A stretch of DNA of 64,000 nucleotides from Candidatus Altimarinota bacterium (GCA_965231215.1 OZ246423.1:1024001-1088000); one strand, 5' to 3'. Numbered from the stretch's first letter, positions 1-10,689 are shown. Notes: generated by a model from the letters alone, not told the origin. Program-made: numbers and translations.

Positions 1-752
1 GTAATGGTGGAGCCGCCTTTACCGGACTTAATAAGGCTATTGAATCAGGACATGAATTGGTATTCAAGGTATTTTTGAAGCCGGAACCAAACGAATCCTT
101 TTATTCCACTACTGGAACGGGGAAACTCTCTCTTGTAGAGATTGGAGGGGAAGCTTTTAAATCTTTTGTAAAGAGTAATGAAGATCGATACGGAGAACTC
201 ATTAAGGCTCCGGTGGAATATGATAATTGGGATTTTTCTAAATTTAAGTTTGAACCGGTTGTAGGGCCAGAACCAGAAGCCACTGCCGAAACTATGGCTC
301 CAAAGCTTTATGCTGATAATGGGGTAACTTTTCAGTATCCGCCAGATTGGGAACTAGAAGAAAACTATTTAGGGGCTTTTGCCTTCCTAGTTTCACCACA
401 AGACAATGCAGAAGACCATCTTACGGAGAATATTAATTTGGTAAGAGAACCGCTTGATATTCCTCTGAGCAGTGCTGGGATTAATGATTATATGAATGAA
501 GTATTTGAAGAACTCAAAGTGCTCAAAAACAGCTTTAATGTTGTGAGTGATACCGAGTCACAAATTCATGGATTTAAAACGCGAGAAGTAGAATATACCG
601 CGAATATCAAAGAGAAACCAATGCGGTTTAAGCAAGTGATTGTGTTTAAAAGTGACGAAATTTATATCCTCACCTTCACCGCAGGGAGTGAGACTTTCCA
701 GGAACATCTTCCTCTATTTGAAGATGTATTAGAGAGTTTGGATTTTCTCTAG
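1..752 (+). CDS. Hypothetical protein with C-terminal PsbP/DcrB-like domain (5'-truncated by window edge)
   Basis: Frame is open from position 3 to the TAG at 750-752. C-terminal half has 'GVTFQYPPDW...ENINLVRE...IYILTFTA...FEDVLESL', typical of PsbP-like folds. Confidence 0.6.
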   Translation, partial: NGGAAFTGLNKAIESGHELVFKVFLKPEPNESFYSTTGTGKLSLVEIGGEAFKSFVKSNEDRYGELIKAPVEYDNWDFSKFKFEPVVGPEPEATAETMAPKLYADNGVTFQYPPDWELEENYLGAFAFLVSPQDNAEDHLTENINLVREPLDIPLSSAGINDYMNEVFEELKVLKNSFNVVSDTESQIHGFKTREVEYTANIKEKPMRFKQVIVFKSDEIYILTFTAGSETFQEHLPLFEDVLESLDFL

Positions 753-1297
753 AGTTCTGGCATGGCTTTCAGCTCGCCTTTGCGCTTACAGGAATTTCCA
801 TACACACTGTCACCTTGAGCTAAAGTTTCATAGTGTTGGATCATTTCTGGTTTAGCGTTGAATATTTTTAAGACTTTGATCCCCCAAATATTACAGGCAT
901 GCTCACGAGCTTGGTTTTGGCAGAAAGGTTCGAATGGAAGATTTTTTTCAAACTGCAAGCCATGACAGGCTTCATGCACTAATACACTGTGAGCATACCC
1001 TGGGCCCTGAATAAAGGTGTTTTCTAGTAATCTGATTTTTTTGCTCCCTTTTGACCCTTTTTGAGCTGTTCCAGCAGTATTGCCACTCATGATGTACGAA
1101 ATTGAAATCTGATCAATATGGTCCTTCACCATCTTATACTCTGGAGGCATTTCACGTTTAAGATCGGTTAAAACCTGTCGATACCGGTATACAGACAAGG
1201 GATCACCTAATACAAAAATCCCGTGTGGGTGATAAAACGTATAAATCCCAAAACATAAAATTGCTATAACGCTCCACTTTTTCCACTTTTTTAGCAT
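749..1297 (-). CDS. Membrane-anchored putative zinc metallopeptidase (HExxH)
   Basis: N-terminal hydrophobic segment; VLVHEACHG motif followed by a downstream E (REHAC), a gluzincin-like arrangement. Confidence 0.5.
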   Translation of the reverse strand: MLKKWKKWSVIAILCFGIYTFYHPHGIFVLGDPLSVYRYRQVLTDLKREMPPEYKMVKDHIDQISISYIMSGNTAGTAQKGSKGSKKIRLLENTFIQGPGYAHSVLVHEACHGLQFEKNLPFEPFCQNQAREHACNIWGIKVLKIFNAKPEMIQHYETLAQGDSVYGNSCKRKGELKAMPEL

Positions 1298-1332
1298 GCT
1301 TTTTTAACAGTCAGTAAGTACTATAGGCCTAT

Positions 1333-2232
1333 ATGGAACCCCAATCAAAAGTTCTGGTATACGGATCGCTCGCCTTTGATGTTTTGTTTGCGATTCAAGA
1401 TGATTTTAGAAAAAGCATCCCCCTTGAAGCAGGCAAAATTAGATCTTTCAATGCGACTTACATTGCCGATAGTAAAAATGAACATCCTGGAGGAACCGCT
1501 GGAAATATAGCCTTTTGGCTTGGGCAAGAAGGCGTTTCAGCCACAATATTTTCTAGTTTTGGAGCCGATTTTGTCACCAAGGGGTATGCCCAAAAGTTAG
1601 CCGCTTTTAACCACACTATTGTAGGGTATGAGGGAGCGCATACAGCTCATGCCTACCAGGTTTCAGACCCTCTACATCAGCAACTGATTATCTGGCAGCC
1701 TAATAGCTATAGTGAAATTGATAAGATCACGTTAGTAGAGTATCTAGAACCAGAAACGTTAAAAAACTTTGAATACGCTATATTTGCCCCAGGGACGAAT
1801 GTTTCAATTCCAAAACATCTCCTTGAATTTCGGGAGTATAATAAAGACGCTACCGTGATTTTAGACCCAGGGCAGTGGTCTCCTTTTTGGGATCCAGAAA
1901 AGTTTAAGCAGTGTTTAGGTTTGGCCGATATTTTGATTGGGAATGATATTGAATACAAACACTTCCAAAAGTTTTCGGCTTCTTTCAATCCAAATTTGAT
2001 TCAGATAGAAACTTTAGGAGAGAGAGGCGTAAAGGTAATTCGTGACGGAGTAAGCTCACAGGTGAAGGCTAATCCGTTAGATCAAGTAGTAGAAACCACT
2101 GGAGCTGGGGATGCTTTTAGGGCAGGGTTTTTGTCTATTTTGGCGAAAGGAGGAAACTTTGACACCGCTTTAACAAAAGGTTGTGAGCTGGGCGCTAAAT
2201 GTGTTACATTACCTTCCGCACAGATTGAATGA
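1333..2232 (+). CDS. PfkB-family kinase, probable adenosine/nucleoside kinase
   Basis: GSLAFD, PGGTAGNIA, DPGQ and ETTGAGDAFRAG motifs; adjacent to ahcY. Confidence 0.85.
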   Translation: MEPQSKVLVYGSLAFDVLFAIQDDFRKSIPLEAGKIRSFNATYIADSKNEHPGGTAGNIAFWLGQEGVSATIFSSFGADFVTKGYAQKLAAFNHTIVGYEGAHTAHAYQVSDPLHQQLIIWQPNSYSEIDKITLVEYLEPETLKNFEYAIFAPGTNVSIPKHLLEFREYNKDATVILDPGQWSPFWDPEKFKQCLGLADILIGNDIEYKHFQKFSASFNPNLIQIETLGERGVKVIRDGVSSQVKANPLDQVVETTGAGDAFRAGFLSILAKGGNFDTALTKGCELGAKCVTLPSAQIE

Positions 2233-2786
2233 AAACCCTTTTTTTATGTTTGGTGACGATATTCCTTGCCGGTTGTATCGGTGGGAACAATAATTCTGCA
2301 GGTTTACCGCCAGAGTTACTGGTGGATCAAAATCCACCTTCAGAAATTCCTGTGGAGGAAAATACCAATATTCCCAACCTCCCAGATGAAATACTGCCAG
2401 AAGAAAATAGCGAACCTACAGAAAATGAGAATACCAATCCAGAGCCTAAACCTCGGCCAAAACCACAAGTAAATCCAAATCAAAACTCAGCAAATGAAAC
2501 AGTAGAAGCTCGTGATTGTGAAGCCCTGAGTAAAGAGCTGACAAAATCTTTTAAAGATATCAATTTTTGTGAAGAAGACACAGACTGTAGAGTCGTAGCT
2601 GGGAGTTGTCCGTTTGGATGTTATGTATTTCATAACTTTCGGTTAGATTTTGAAGAATATCAGCAAGAGCTTACCACCTATCAAGAGCACTGCGGAAAAT
2701 GTGCTTACCGGTGTACAGCTCCGCCTACCGATATAAAATGTATACATGGACAGTGTGTAGATAGTAGTTTTGATGAAGATAAATAA
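2229..2786 (+). CDS. Cys-rich lipoprotein with Pro/Glu/Asn linker
   Basis: Lipobox LAGC, low-complexity linker and ten C-terminal cysteines; overlaps both neighbours (ATGA, TAATG). Confidence 0.7.
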   Translation: MKTLFLCLVTIFLAGCIGGNNNSAGLPPELLVDQNPPSEIPVEENTNIPNLPDEILPEENSEPTENENTNPEPKPRPKPQVNPNQNSANETVEARDCEALSKELTKSFKDINFCEEDTDCRVVAGSCPFGCYVFHNFRLDFEEYQQELTTYQEHCGKCAYRCTAPPTDIKCIHGQCVDSSFDEDK

Positions 2787-4066
2787 TGCATGATTTTAAG
2801 GTAGCCGATATTAATCAGGCCCATTTTGGACGGAAAGAAATAGAACTGGCCGAAACAGAAATGCCAGGACTTATGGCTCTTCGCCAAGAATATAAAGCCG
2901 ATCAACCCCTTAAAGGAGCTCGAATCGCTGGATGTATCCATATGACGATACAAACGGCTGTTTTAATAGAAACTTTAGTAGCACTAGGCGCCGAAGTTCG
3001 GTGGAGTAGTTGTAATATTTTTTCTACCCAAGATCACGCCGCGGCCGCTATGGCCAAAGCTCATATTCCAGTATTTGCTTGGAAAGGTGAAACCGAGGAA
3101 GAATACTGGTGGTGTATTGAACAAACGATCAAAGGGCCAGATGGTTGGCGCCCCAATATATTACTGGATGATGGAGGAGACCTAACCCAACTGATTCACC
3201 AAAAATATCCAGAACTTCTCAATGATATTGTGGGAGTTTCTGAGGAAACCACCACCGGGGTGCATCGACTCTATCAAATGCATGAACAAGGAAAGCTTAA
3301 AATACCAGCCATAAATGTGAACGATTCGGTTACTAAATCTAAATTTGATAACCTCTATGGGTGTCGTGAAAGCCTGGTAGACGCTATCAAACGAGCCACT
3401 GATGTAATGGTCTCTGGAAAAGTAGCCGTTGTTGCTGGATACGGAGATGTAGGTAAAGGATCGGCTCAAAGCCTCCGTCACAGTGGAGCCAGAGTTATTA
3501 TTACGGAAGTAGACCCAATTTGTGCGCTTCAGGCCAGTATGGAAGGGTATGAAGTCACTACAATGGACCGAGCTAGTAAATTAGGAGATATTTTTGTGAC
3601 AGCTACTGGATGTTGTGATGTAATTACGCGGGAGCACATGGAGCATATGAAACACAATGCTGTTGTCTGTAACATTGGGCATTTTGATTCAGAAATTGCA
3701 ATTGAGTCTATTCGAGATTTAGAGTGGGAAGAAATCAAACCACAAGTTCATCACGTAAGTTTTGGCAATAACAAAAAAATTATTGTTCTAGCCGAAGGGC
3801 GGCTTGTAAATCTAGGTTGTGCCATGGGACATCCAAGTTTTGTGATGTCCTGCTCTTTCGCCAATCAAACCCTAGCCCAAATTGATTTGTGGAAGAACCA
3901 ATATGAAGTAGGAGTTTATACGCTTCCAAAGCACTTAGATGAGCGTGTAGCTGCCCTTCACCTGCCAAAATTAGGGGTTAAACTAGATTCTCTCACCCAA
4001 GAACAAGCTGAATATTTGGGGATTGAACAAAACGGCCCGTTCAAGCCGGAACACTATCGGTATTAA
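2786..4066 (+). CDS. ahcY: Adenosylhomocysteinase (SAH hydrolase)
   Basis: [55 protein letters not shown] and [10 protein letters not shown]. Confidence 0.98.
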   Translation: MHDFKVADINQAHFGRKEIELAETEMPGLMALRQEYKADQPLKGARIAGCIHMTIQTAVLIETLVALGAEVRWSSCNIFSTQDHAAAAMAKAHIPVFAWKGETEEEYWWCIEQTIKGPDGWRPNILLDDGGDLTQLIHQKYPELLNDIVGVSEETTTGVHRLYQMHEQGKLKIPAINVNDSVTKSKFDNLYGCRESLVDAIKRATDVMVSGKVAVVAGYGDVGKGSAQSLRHSGARVIITEVDPICALQASMEGYEVTTMDRASKLGDIFVTATGCCDVITREHMEHMKHNAVVCNIGHFDSEIAIESIRDLEWEEIKPQVHHVSFGNNKKIIVLAEGRLVNLGCAMGHPSFVMSCSFANQTLAQIDLWKNQYEVGVYTLPKHLDERVAALHLPKLGVKLDSLTQEQAEYLGIEQNGPFKPEHYRY

Positions 4067-4176
4067 TTTTAGATTAGGAAAATATTGATTTTTTTAAAAA
4101 TATTATATTTTGATTTTTGATTTTTTGTGAATTTAGTTAAAGTTAATATAAAGTTTTATCCACAAAAAACTTTAGC

Positions 4177-5328
4177 ATGTCATCTTTTGATACACCTTCA
4201 GAGTTAGAAGCTATAAGCACTCCAGAAGAAGTAATAGACTTTTATGCACCAAATAAAGATACGCAAAAGGAGTGGCTTTCTTCGCTTGAAGAAAAAAAAG
4301 TCTATGGACATACTGATAAGTTCATAGCGGCTATTAAAACTCAACTATCAGAATTTTTCAAAAGCGAGGATGAAATTTTTATAATTAATATTTCTGGCGG
4401 CCCTTCAGCGGGTAAATCAAGCTTGGCTAAGAAGATTAAGAAGATTTTAAAGGATAATGATTATGCAAATTCAGACCTCCCTGTGTTGATTTTAGGTCAA
4501 GATCTCTTTCATGGAACAGAACGCGGAACGTCCCAACGTGATAGAATGTCTGAGTCTCCTTTCGGGTTTTCAAAATATCACAATAAAATACTCGAATTAA
4601 GACACTTCTTTCAACAAGTTTTAGATCCTAGTAACAAAGGGAAAAGTTTTGAGATAAAAAAATTATATGATAGAGAAAATGGAGGTGTTTTTAGTGCTTC
4701 AGAGTCTTGGCAAGTACCAGAAGGTAAGTTTGTGCTTATTTCAGAGGGAACTAATGCTATTAATCTCTTTAGGCACTTTGAAGGCGGACTTTGTGGAAGA
4801 GTCAATGGTACTTCAGGAAGTTTAAAAAATATTAATGAAAGATATAGAGTACAAAATGTTTTTGTAATGGATGATCCGGGGAGACAATTACAAGGGGTAA
4901 TTGCACGTGATTGTGATAGAGATAATCTTACAGAAAAAGATAGAATGAACTTTAGAGTACATGAATTCTTATCCATGTTGGGGCCTCAAATACGTAATGT
5001 TGCTTTAGCTGATATCATAATAATGGATAAAGAAAAACAGGTTAAAAAACGCCTTACTCGTAACGATGGAGCCTTAAAAAAGCATGGAAATTTTCTGGCT
5101 GAACTAGAAGATGTACTAGAAAAATTTGAAAAATCAGATATTGAACAGCTTATTGGAAGCGAAATAAGCTTGGAAGGCTTGAGTGGACCGCCACCTGAAC
5201 TAAAAGAAATGAGGAGGGAAGTAGTTTTAAAGGTAGCTCAGAGAGTGCTAGATCGAGCACAAGCAGTGGTAGGAAACTTACAGAAAGGAGCAGAGAATAA
5301 AAAAGGACGGGGGTTTTCCAAAAAATAA
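4177..5328 (+). CDS. P-loop kinase, uridine kinase/phosphoribulokinase-like, with orphan extensions
   Basis: INISGGPSAGKSS Walker A, LGQDLF, VLISEG and ARD motifs of the nucleoside kinase fold. Confidence 0.55.
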   Translation: MSSFDTPSELEAISTPEEVIDFYAPNKDTQKEWLSSLEEKKVYGHTDKFIAAIKTQLSEFFKSEDEIFIINISGGPSAGKSSLAKKIKKILKDNDYANSDLPVLILGQDLFHGTERGTSQRDRMSESPFGFSKYHNKILELRHFFQQVLDPSNKGKSFEIKKLYDRENGGVFSASESWQVPEGKFVLISEGTNAINLFRHFEGGLCGRVNGTSGSLKNINERYRVQNVFVMDDPGRQLQGVIARDCDRDNLTEKDRMNFRVHEFLSMLGPQIRNVALADIIIMDKEKQVKKRLTRNDGALKKHGNFLAELEDVLEKFEKSDIEQLIGSEISLEGLSGPPPELKEMRREVVLKVAQRVLDRAQAVVGNLQKGAENKKGRGFSKK

Positions 5329-5372
5329 ACCTTCACCTACCAATGAGGAGGATTCGATGAGTGCTAAAATAT

Positions 5373-5400
5373 TTGACAGCAAGTCTTTTATTACTACTCT
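5373..5400 (+). promoter_or_regulatory. Putative sigma70 promoter of rpmA
   Basis: TTGACA (5373-5378), 16 nt spacer, TACTCT (5395-5400), then GC-rich GCGGCAG. Confidence 0.55.
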
Positions 5401-5421
5401 GCGGCAGTAATTTAGTACAAA

Positions 5422-5700
5422 ATGGCACATAAAAAAGCTGGTGGTAGTTCAAAAAATGGTAGAGATTCAGTCAGTAAACGTCGTGGAGTCAAACGATTTG
5501 GGGGACAACACGTAAATGCTGGTGAAGTTTTAGTTCGGCAAAAGGGAACCAAATTCCGACCTGGAGAAAACGTAGAAATGGGGAAGGATTTCACCATCTT
5601 TGCTACCGTTAACGGACAAGTAGAATTTACTGAAAAATCAGTTCAGCGTTTTGATGGGCGAAGATATGAACGAAGATTTATAAACGTAAAATCTGCCTAA
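5422..5700 (+). CDS. rpmA: 50S ribosomal protein L27
   Basis: [16 protein letters not shown]...[13 protein letters not shown]...GKDFTIFA. Confidence 0.98.
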   Translation: MAHKKAGGSSKNGRDSVSKRRGVKRFGGQHVNAGEVLVRQKGTKFRPGENVEMGKDFTIFATVNGQVEFTEKSVQRFDGRRYERRFINVKSA

Positions 5701-5730
5701 GGTTGGTAAAATCAAAATTTAAACTATACT

Positions 5731-5757
5731 AATCGGGGTTGTGCCCCGATTTTTTTT
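5731..5757 (+). terminator. Intrinsic terminator after rpmA
   Basis: AATCGGGG-ttgtg-CCCCGATT followed by a T-run that abuts the uppS ATG. Confidence 0.7.
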
Positions 5758-6408
5758 ATGTCTTTTTCCCGTAACGCTTTCGGACTGATCGCAGATGGAA
5801 ACCGCCGCTGGGCGAAGTCTCAAAATTTGCCGGTAGCCGAAGGACACCAAAAAGGATTTAGTGTCGTAAAGGACATTATTTTTTCGATACTGTATGATCA
5901 CCCAGATTGGGATACGTTAGCGGTTTATGCCTTTTCTACAGAAAATTGGAAAAGATCCCCCCTAGAGGTAAAAAATTTGATGAAACTCTATCATGAGATG
6001 ATCGATGCCTGGAAAGAGGATCTTGATGAAAAACAAACTCAATTTATACATGCTGGACGTAAAGATCGCCTTCCTCATAGTTTAATACAAAAAATTAATG
6101 ATCTAGAAGCACAGACCAAAGAGTATGCAAAGTTTCGTCTAGTGCTGTGTTTAGATTATGGTTCTCAAGATGAGATTACCCGAGCTGTTTTTAAGGGAGG
6201 AACTGACTTTGCAAACTACCTCCAAGTACCAAAACTAGACTTAATTTTACGCACAGGAGGAGAAAATCGCCTCAGTAATTTTTGTCTATGGCAAGCGGCT
6301 TATGCAGAGTTCAACTTCCATGGGAAAAAACTTCCAGCACTTACAGAATCAGATATGAGATCTATCTTGGATGATTTTGCTAGGAGGGATCGTCGTAAAG
6401 GATCATAA
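5758..6408 (+). CDS. uppS: Polyprenyl (undecaprenyl) diphosphate synthase
   Basis: IADGNRRWA, YAFSTENWKR and RTGGENRLSNFCLWQAAYAE. Confidence 0.95.
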   Translation: MSFSRNAFGLIADGNRRWAKSQNLPVAEGHQKGFSVVKDIIFSILYDHPDWDTLAVYAFSTENWKRSPLEVKNLMKLYHEMIDAWKEDLDEKQTQFIHAGRKDRLPHSLIQKINDLEAQTKEYAKFRLVLCLDYGSQDEITRAVFKGGTDFANYLQVPKLDLILRTGGENRLSNFCLWQAAYAEFNFHGKKLPALTESDMRSILDDFARRDRRKGS

Positions 6409-7140
6409 AAGTTCAGCCTCTACCACTTGGCATTCTGGGATATCAAATTTTTCAAAGCTAAAAAAAGTTGAACCAGAACCAGAAAGATTTATTTTTGAAT
6501 AATTTTTTTGATCAAAAATTTCTTTGAATCCATTACCGCAATTTTCGAGTTTTGGATGCTCTAAAAAGGTTTTGGTATAAGAAGTGTTGAAATTTTTAAG
6601 CTGGCTGTAAGCGTTTTTTGTATTGCTTTTAAACGGGGGAAAGTACAAATAAATAGCCTGTCCTGAAAAATTAAAATTGAGTGGTTCAATGCTCTCCCCA
6701 AAGTGGGTTCCTAGCGCACATGGGGCCTCTTGCAAAAAGAAGGGAATATCTTTTCCAAGAGTGCCGATTTCAGTGATTAGATCTGTTGGAATGGGGCCAA
6801 GGTTGAAGTACTGAAAATAACCCTTTATAAACATCGCTGCATTAGAGCTACCACCACCAAGACCACTGCCTGTAGGAATGTTTTTGGCCACAGAGATATG
6901 TACAGGCCTTGCTTTGTGAATAATTTTTTTGATCAATAAAAAGCTTTTATAGATGAGGTTTTCTTCCATTTCACAGTCAAAATCACCTGAAATGCTAAAC
7001 GCATCAGATTCTGAAAATTCTAGGGTATCTCCCCAACTGAGTTTATGGTATATGGTCTGGATTTCATGAAAAGGAGCTTCCGTTTTTTTTTCAAAAATAT
7101 CCAGAGTTAGGTTTATCTTGGCGGGAGCAAAAATTCTCAT
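6403..7140 (-). CDS. ispE: 4-diphosphocytidyl-2-C-methyl-D-erythritol kinase
   Basis: APAKINLTL, KNIPTGSGLGGGSSNAA and LSGSGST; lies in MEP cluster. Confidence 0.92.
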   Translation of the reverse strand: MRIFAPAKINLTLDIFEKKTEAPFHEIQTIYHKLSWGDTLEFSESDAFSISGDFDCEMEENLIYKSFLLIKKIIHKARPVHISVAKNIPTGSGLGGGSSNAAMFIKGYFQYFNLGPIPTDLITEIGTLGKDIPFFLQEAPCALGTHFGESIEPLNFNFSGQAIYLYFPPFKSNTKNAYSQLKNFNTSYTKTFLEHPKLENCGNGFKEIFDQKNYSKINLSGSGSTFFSFEKFDIPECQVVEAELL

Positions 7141-8249
7141 TCCACAATTACTATTACAAAACCACGCATTCCCAACCCCTTTCCTACCTCGCTGAGGCTT
7201 TCCCCAGTTGTATAGGTGAGACCGATTTGGGAAGTTTTAATCTCTAGCAGTTTGGCTAAATGTGTTTGAATGGCATCGTGATGTGGTGCAATTTTAGGCT
7301 GAGCGCCTTCGAGTGAAATCAACACTTGTAAAATATGAACCATGCCTAAGTGTTCTAATGTAGCTTTCAGATAGCTTTCTGAATGTGTATCTCCAGCTCT
7401 GCAGACAGGATCGGCTATAGGATCAAAAGTTTTATCGCCAAAAGCCGAGAGTAGGGCATTACACAGTGCATGAAGGATAATATCTCCATCAGAGTTGCCA
7501 TCAGAACTGAGAAGACCTCCTGAAACCTCTATCCCTCCCAGCCTGAAAGGTTTTTTAGGATCAAAATCAGAGGCAAATTTATGGGCATCTTCACCAATGC
7601 CTATTTTAACCCCAGTAGCAAAATCAGAAGCATGGGTGATTTTGGTGTTACGAGGATCACATTCATAGACATAAACAGTTTCTCCAATTAAATCTAAAAG
7701 TTCGGCCTCATCTTTTGGAATGGGGTCTTTATCTTCCACTTTATGAAGGGCTTTGGTAAAGGTTGCTAAATCTGAAATCTGTGGAGTTTGAGTTTCAAAA
7801 ATTTCAGATCGTTTAAGATATTGGGTTACTTTGCCGTTTTCGACTTTTTTTATGGAGTTCGGAGTAAAGCCCCCAAAAATTACATTTTTTGTTATTTCGG
7901 CTTTTTTTATCCCCGCTTTTAGATCGTGTACCGAAAGGTGCGGATTAGCCGCGTTATGCACTATGACTCGAACATTTTCAGGATAAACGGTCTTACAATG
8001 TTCTAGTGCATTTTTAACAGAAAAAAAGCGTTCTTCTCCTCCTGGGATAAAGCCCTTCAATTTTTCCGCTTCAATAGAGATAGACTGATCGTCACTATGA
8101 ACGACCCAAATATCATCTATGGACTCACACTCAGAAAAAGTCTTTAAACATTTTTCTAACGCTGAAGCCCCTTGGTGTTCATGCAGAATTTTATCAAATC
8201 CGCAACGTAAAGATTTTCCGGCACCTAGGATAATAGCAATGTTTTTCAT
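7137..8249 (-). CDS. ispDF: Bifunctional IspD/IspF
   Basis: N-terminal cytidylyltransferase (GAGKSLR, GGEERFFSV, QTPQ, NTKIT); C-terminal MECDP synthase (GIGEDAH, SDGDIILHA, TTGE). Confidence 0.9.
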   Translation of the reverse strand: MKNIAIILGAGKSLRCGFDKILHEHQGASALEKCLKTFSECESIDDIWVVHSDDQSISIEAEKLKGFIPGGEERFFSVKNALEHCKTVYPENVRVIVHNAANPHLSVHDLKAGIKKAEITKNVIFGGFTPNSIKKVENGKVTQYLKRSEIFETQTPQISDLATFTKALHKVEDKDPIPKDEAELLDLIGETVYVYECDPRNTKITHASDFATGVKIGIGEDAHKFASDFDPKKPFRLGGIEVSGGLLSSDGNSDGDIILHALCNALLSAFGDKTFDPIADPVCRAGDTHSESYLKATLEHLGMVHILQVLISLEGAQPKIAPHHDAIQTHLAKLLEIKTSQIGLTYTTGESLSEVGKGLGMRGFVIVIVE

Positions 8250-9346
8250 ATCAGACTTTGGGCTTGCTTTCTCGCATCTTTATCCGCTTCATAGATTTTT
8301 TCAATACTATCGGAGGTTTTAATGCCCTTTGTTGAGGCCATAGAGACCGTTTCTTCGATAATTTCAAAAATACGCTGAAAAGTAATTTTCCCCTCTATAA
8401 AAGCCTTTCGGGCTTCTTCATTAGCGGCATTAAAGACAAGGGGGAGTGGCCCCATATGTTCGGTACAGTGATCGAGGACTTGAAGGGTTCTAAAGACGTT
8501 TTTATCTGGTTTAGCAAAATTAAGCTGAAGACCATTAAAATCTAGTTTTGGAAGTTGAATGTGGTGTCTTTCCGGGAAATTCAGCGCATAACCAATAGGG
8601 AGTTCCATGCTTGGAGGAGACATTTGAGCCAGAAGGCTCGAGTCTGGGAATTCCACCAGAGAGTGAATAATAGATTCTCTATGGATTACAATTTCAATTT
8701 GATCTTTTCTCGCTCCAAACAAATACATCGCCTCAAAGAATTCAAGGCATTTATTGGCCAGTGTAGCTGAATCTACCGTGATTTTGGCCCCCATGTCCCA
8801 ATTAGGGTGCTCGAGAGCTTGCTCAAGGGTAACTTTAGATAAATCTTTCCATCCAAAGAAAGGACCACCAGAACAGGTCAAAAATATTTTTTCATAGGCC
8901 TTTAAATTTCCATCGTCGTTTACTAAGCACTGAAAAATAGCTGAATGTTCTGAATCTACTGGAATGATGGGGGTATTTTTTTCTTTGGCAAGAGGTATTA
9001 TCAAATCGCCTGCAGCCACCAAGCTTTCTTTATTGGCTAAAGCCAATGGGATGCCAAGTTTGAGTGTTGCTATGGTAAATTTAAGTCCTGCAAAACCGGT
9101 TATAGCATTGAGCACAATATCGGCTTCACACTGTTTTAAAAAGGCTTCTATTTGGTGATTAGTAAACGCTGATTTGGTATTGAGTAGATTTGGAATTTGG
9201 AATTTTTGAGCTATAGCTTCAAGTTCAGAAAATCGACTGTGGGCCGAAGCCCCCACAATTTGGAATGCCTCAGGATTCCGTTCCACTAGTGTAAGTGTGG
9301 ATTGTCCAATAGATCCAGTAGCCCCAAGTATTACTATTTTTTTCAT
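8246..9346 (-). CDS. dxr: 1-deoxy-D-xylulose-5-phosphate reductoisomerase
   Basis: LGATGSIG, LANKESLV, PVDSEHSAIFQ and HPNWDMGAKITVDSAT. Confidence 0.97.
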   Translation of the reverse strand: MKKIVILGATGSIGQSTLTLVERNPEAFQIVGASAHSRFSELEAIAQKFQIPNLLNTKSAFTNHQIEAFLKQCEADIVLNAITGFAGLKFTIATLKLGIPLALANKESLVAAGDLIIPLAKEKNTPIIPVDSEHSAIFQCLVNDDGNLKAYEKIFLTCSGGPFFGWKDLSKVTLEQALEHPNWDMGAKITVDSATLANKCLEFFEAMYLFGARKDQIEIVIHRESIIHSLVEFPDSSLLAQMSPPSMELPIGYALNFPERHHIQLPKLDFNGLQLNFAKPDKNVFRTLQVLDHCTEHMGPLPLVFNAANEEARKAFIEGKITFQRIFEIIEETVSMASTKGIKTSDSIEKIYEADKDARKQAQSLI

Positions 9347-9425
9347 TCTTTCTTTTTATAAACAAAAAATTTAGTTTGTCATCCTGAGCAAATCAATGGG
9401 GGTAAATTCTAGAATCGATTAAACA

Positions 9426-10610
9426 TTAAAAACGCTGCTGGATATAAGCTTCCAAAATCTCAATGAATTGATCTTCAATATGGTCACCTTTAAGCCACTG
9501 AGATAGCTTGCCATCTATATAAACCGGCGCTTGAGCTTTTTCCATTTTTCCAGGAAGGGAGATCGCAATATCAGCATTTTTACTTTCTCCTGGGCCATTT
9601 ACGACACAGCCCATGACCGCAATATTGAGATTTTCTACCCCTGGATAAGTTTCTTTCCACTGGTTTAATTTTTGATCAATTAATTTGTTCACACGAAGAG
9701 CTAAATCTTGAAAAAACGTACTGGTGGTTCTTCCACAACCAGGGCAAGAAGTGACCTTTGGACGAAATTTTTGTAAGTCTAAACTCTGCAAAATATGTTG
9801 GCAGACTTCTACTTCTTCAGTCCGAGGAGTTTCTTTGTTTGGAGTGAGCGAAACTCGGATAGTATCTCCAATGTTTTTTTGTAGAAGCGTTCCGAGTGCG
9901 ATGCTACTAGAAACAATTCCCTGGATGCCACTTCCGGCTTCAGTTAAGCCCAGATGGAGGCAATAGTTGGATTCTTTGGTAACCAGTTCATAGGCTTTAA
10001 TGACCTGATTTACCTCAGAAATTTTTACCGACACGACAATCTGGTTTTTTGTGAGCCCATAAATTTCAGCGAGGTGGGCTGAGTTTAGAGCCGATTTGAC
10101 CATAGCTTTTACAAAAATTTCATCACTAGAGAGGGGATTAGGGGATCGAGCATTGAGTTCCATAAGGGCGTCTAAAACTTTTGGGTCTAAGCTCCCTCCA
10201 TTAACTCCAATTCTTACAGGTTTATTATTTTTGATCGCGATTTCCACCATTTCTTTAAAATTCGTGTCATCGGCATTCCCAGGATTGATCCGGTATTTAT
10301 CAAGCGCCTTGGCACAATCTGGAAAACGTTTAAGCAACTTATTCCCATTGAAGTGGAAATCTCCCACGATAGGGACATCGGATACCTTTCGAACTTCTGT
10401 TACTATGGCTGGCACAGCCTGAGCGGCCTCGTCACTATTAACCGTAATACGTACTATCTGAGCCCCAGCTTGGTTGAGTTCCAAAATCTGAGTGACCGTA
10501 GCCTTAATATCGCTCGTATCGGTATTAGTCATGGACTGAATAGCAACAGGATTGCCGCCTCCAATTTGGATGGAACCGATGGTGACTATTGGGGTTGCTC
10601 GTTGTTTCAT
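9426..10610 (-). CDS. ispG: HMBPP synthase (GcpE)
   Basis: QSMTNT, RINPGN, RIGVNGGSL, HLGLTEAG, SCPGCGRT and MGCVVNGPGE. Confidence 0.97.
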   Translation of the reverse strand: MKQRATPIVTIGSIQIGGGNPVAIQSMTNTDTSDIKATVTQILELNQAGAQIVRITVNSDEAAQAVPAIVTEVRKVSDVPIVGDFHFNGNKLLKRFPDCAKALDKYRINPGNADDTNFKEMVEIAIKNNKPVRIGVNGGSLDPKVLDALMELNARSPNPLSSDEIFVKAMVKSALNSAHLAEIYGLTKNQIVVSVKISEVNQVIKAYELVTKESNYCLHLGLTEAGSGIQGIVSSSIALGTLLQKNIGDTIRVSLTPNKETPRTEEVEVCQHILQSLDLQKFRPKVTSCPGCGRTTSTFFQDLALRVNKLIDQKLNQWKETYPGVENLNIAVMGCVVNGPGESKNADIAISLPGKMEKAQAPVYIDGKLSQWLKGDHIEDQFIEILEAYIQQRF

Positions 10611-10689
10611 GTCCTAATGATTTGGTTCTACCGTTTTGATAAGGGTTGTCGAGTCCAGAGAGTATTGACTTTTTTAAATTAAATTTTTT

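Noticed and set aside
4156-4164. Perfect DnaA box TTATCCACA in an AT-rich spacer, possible oriC
   Set aside because: Only one box seen, no dnaA nearby, and dnaN is 10 kb away and solitary.
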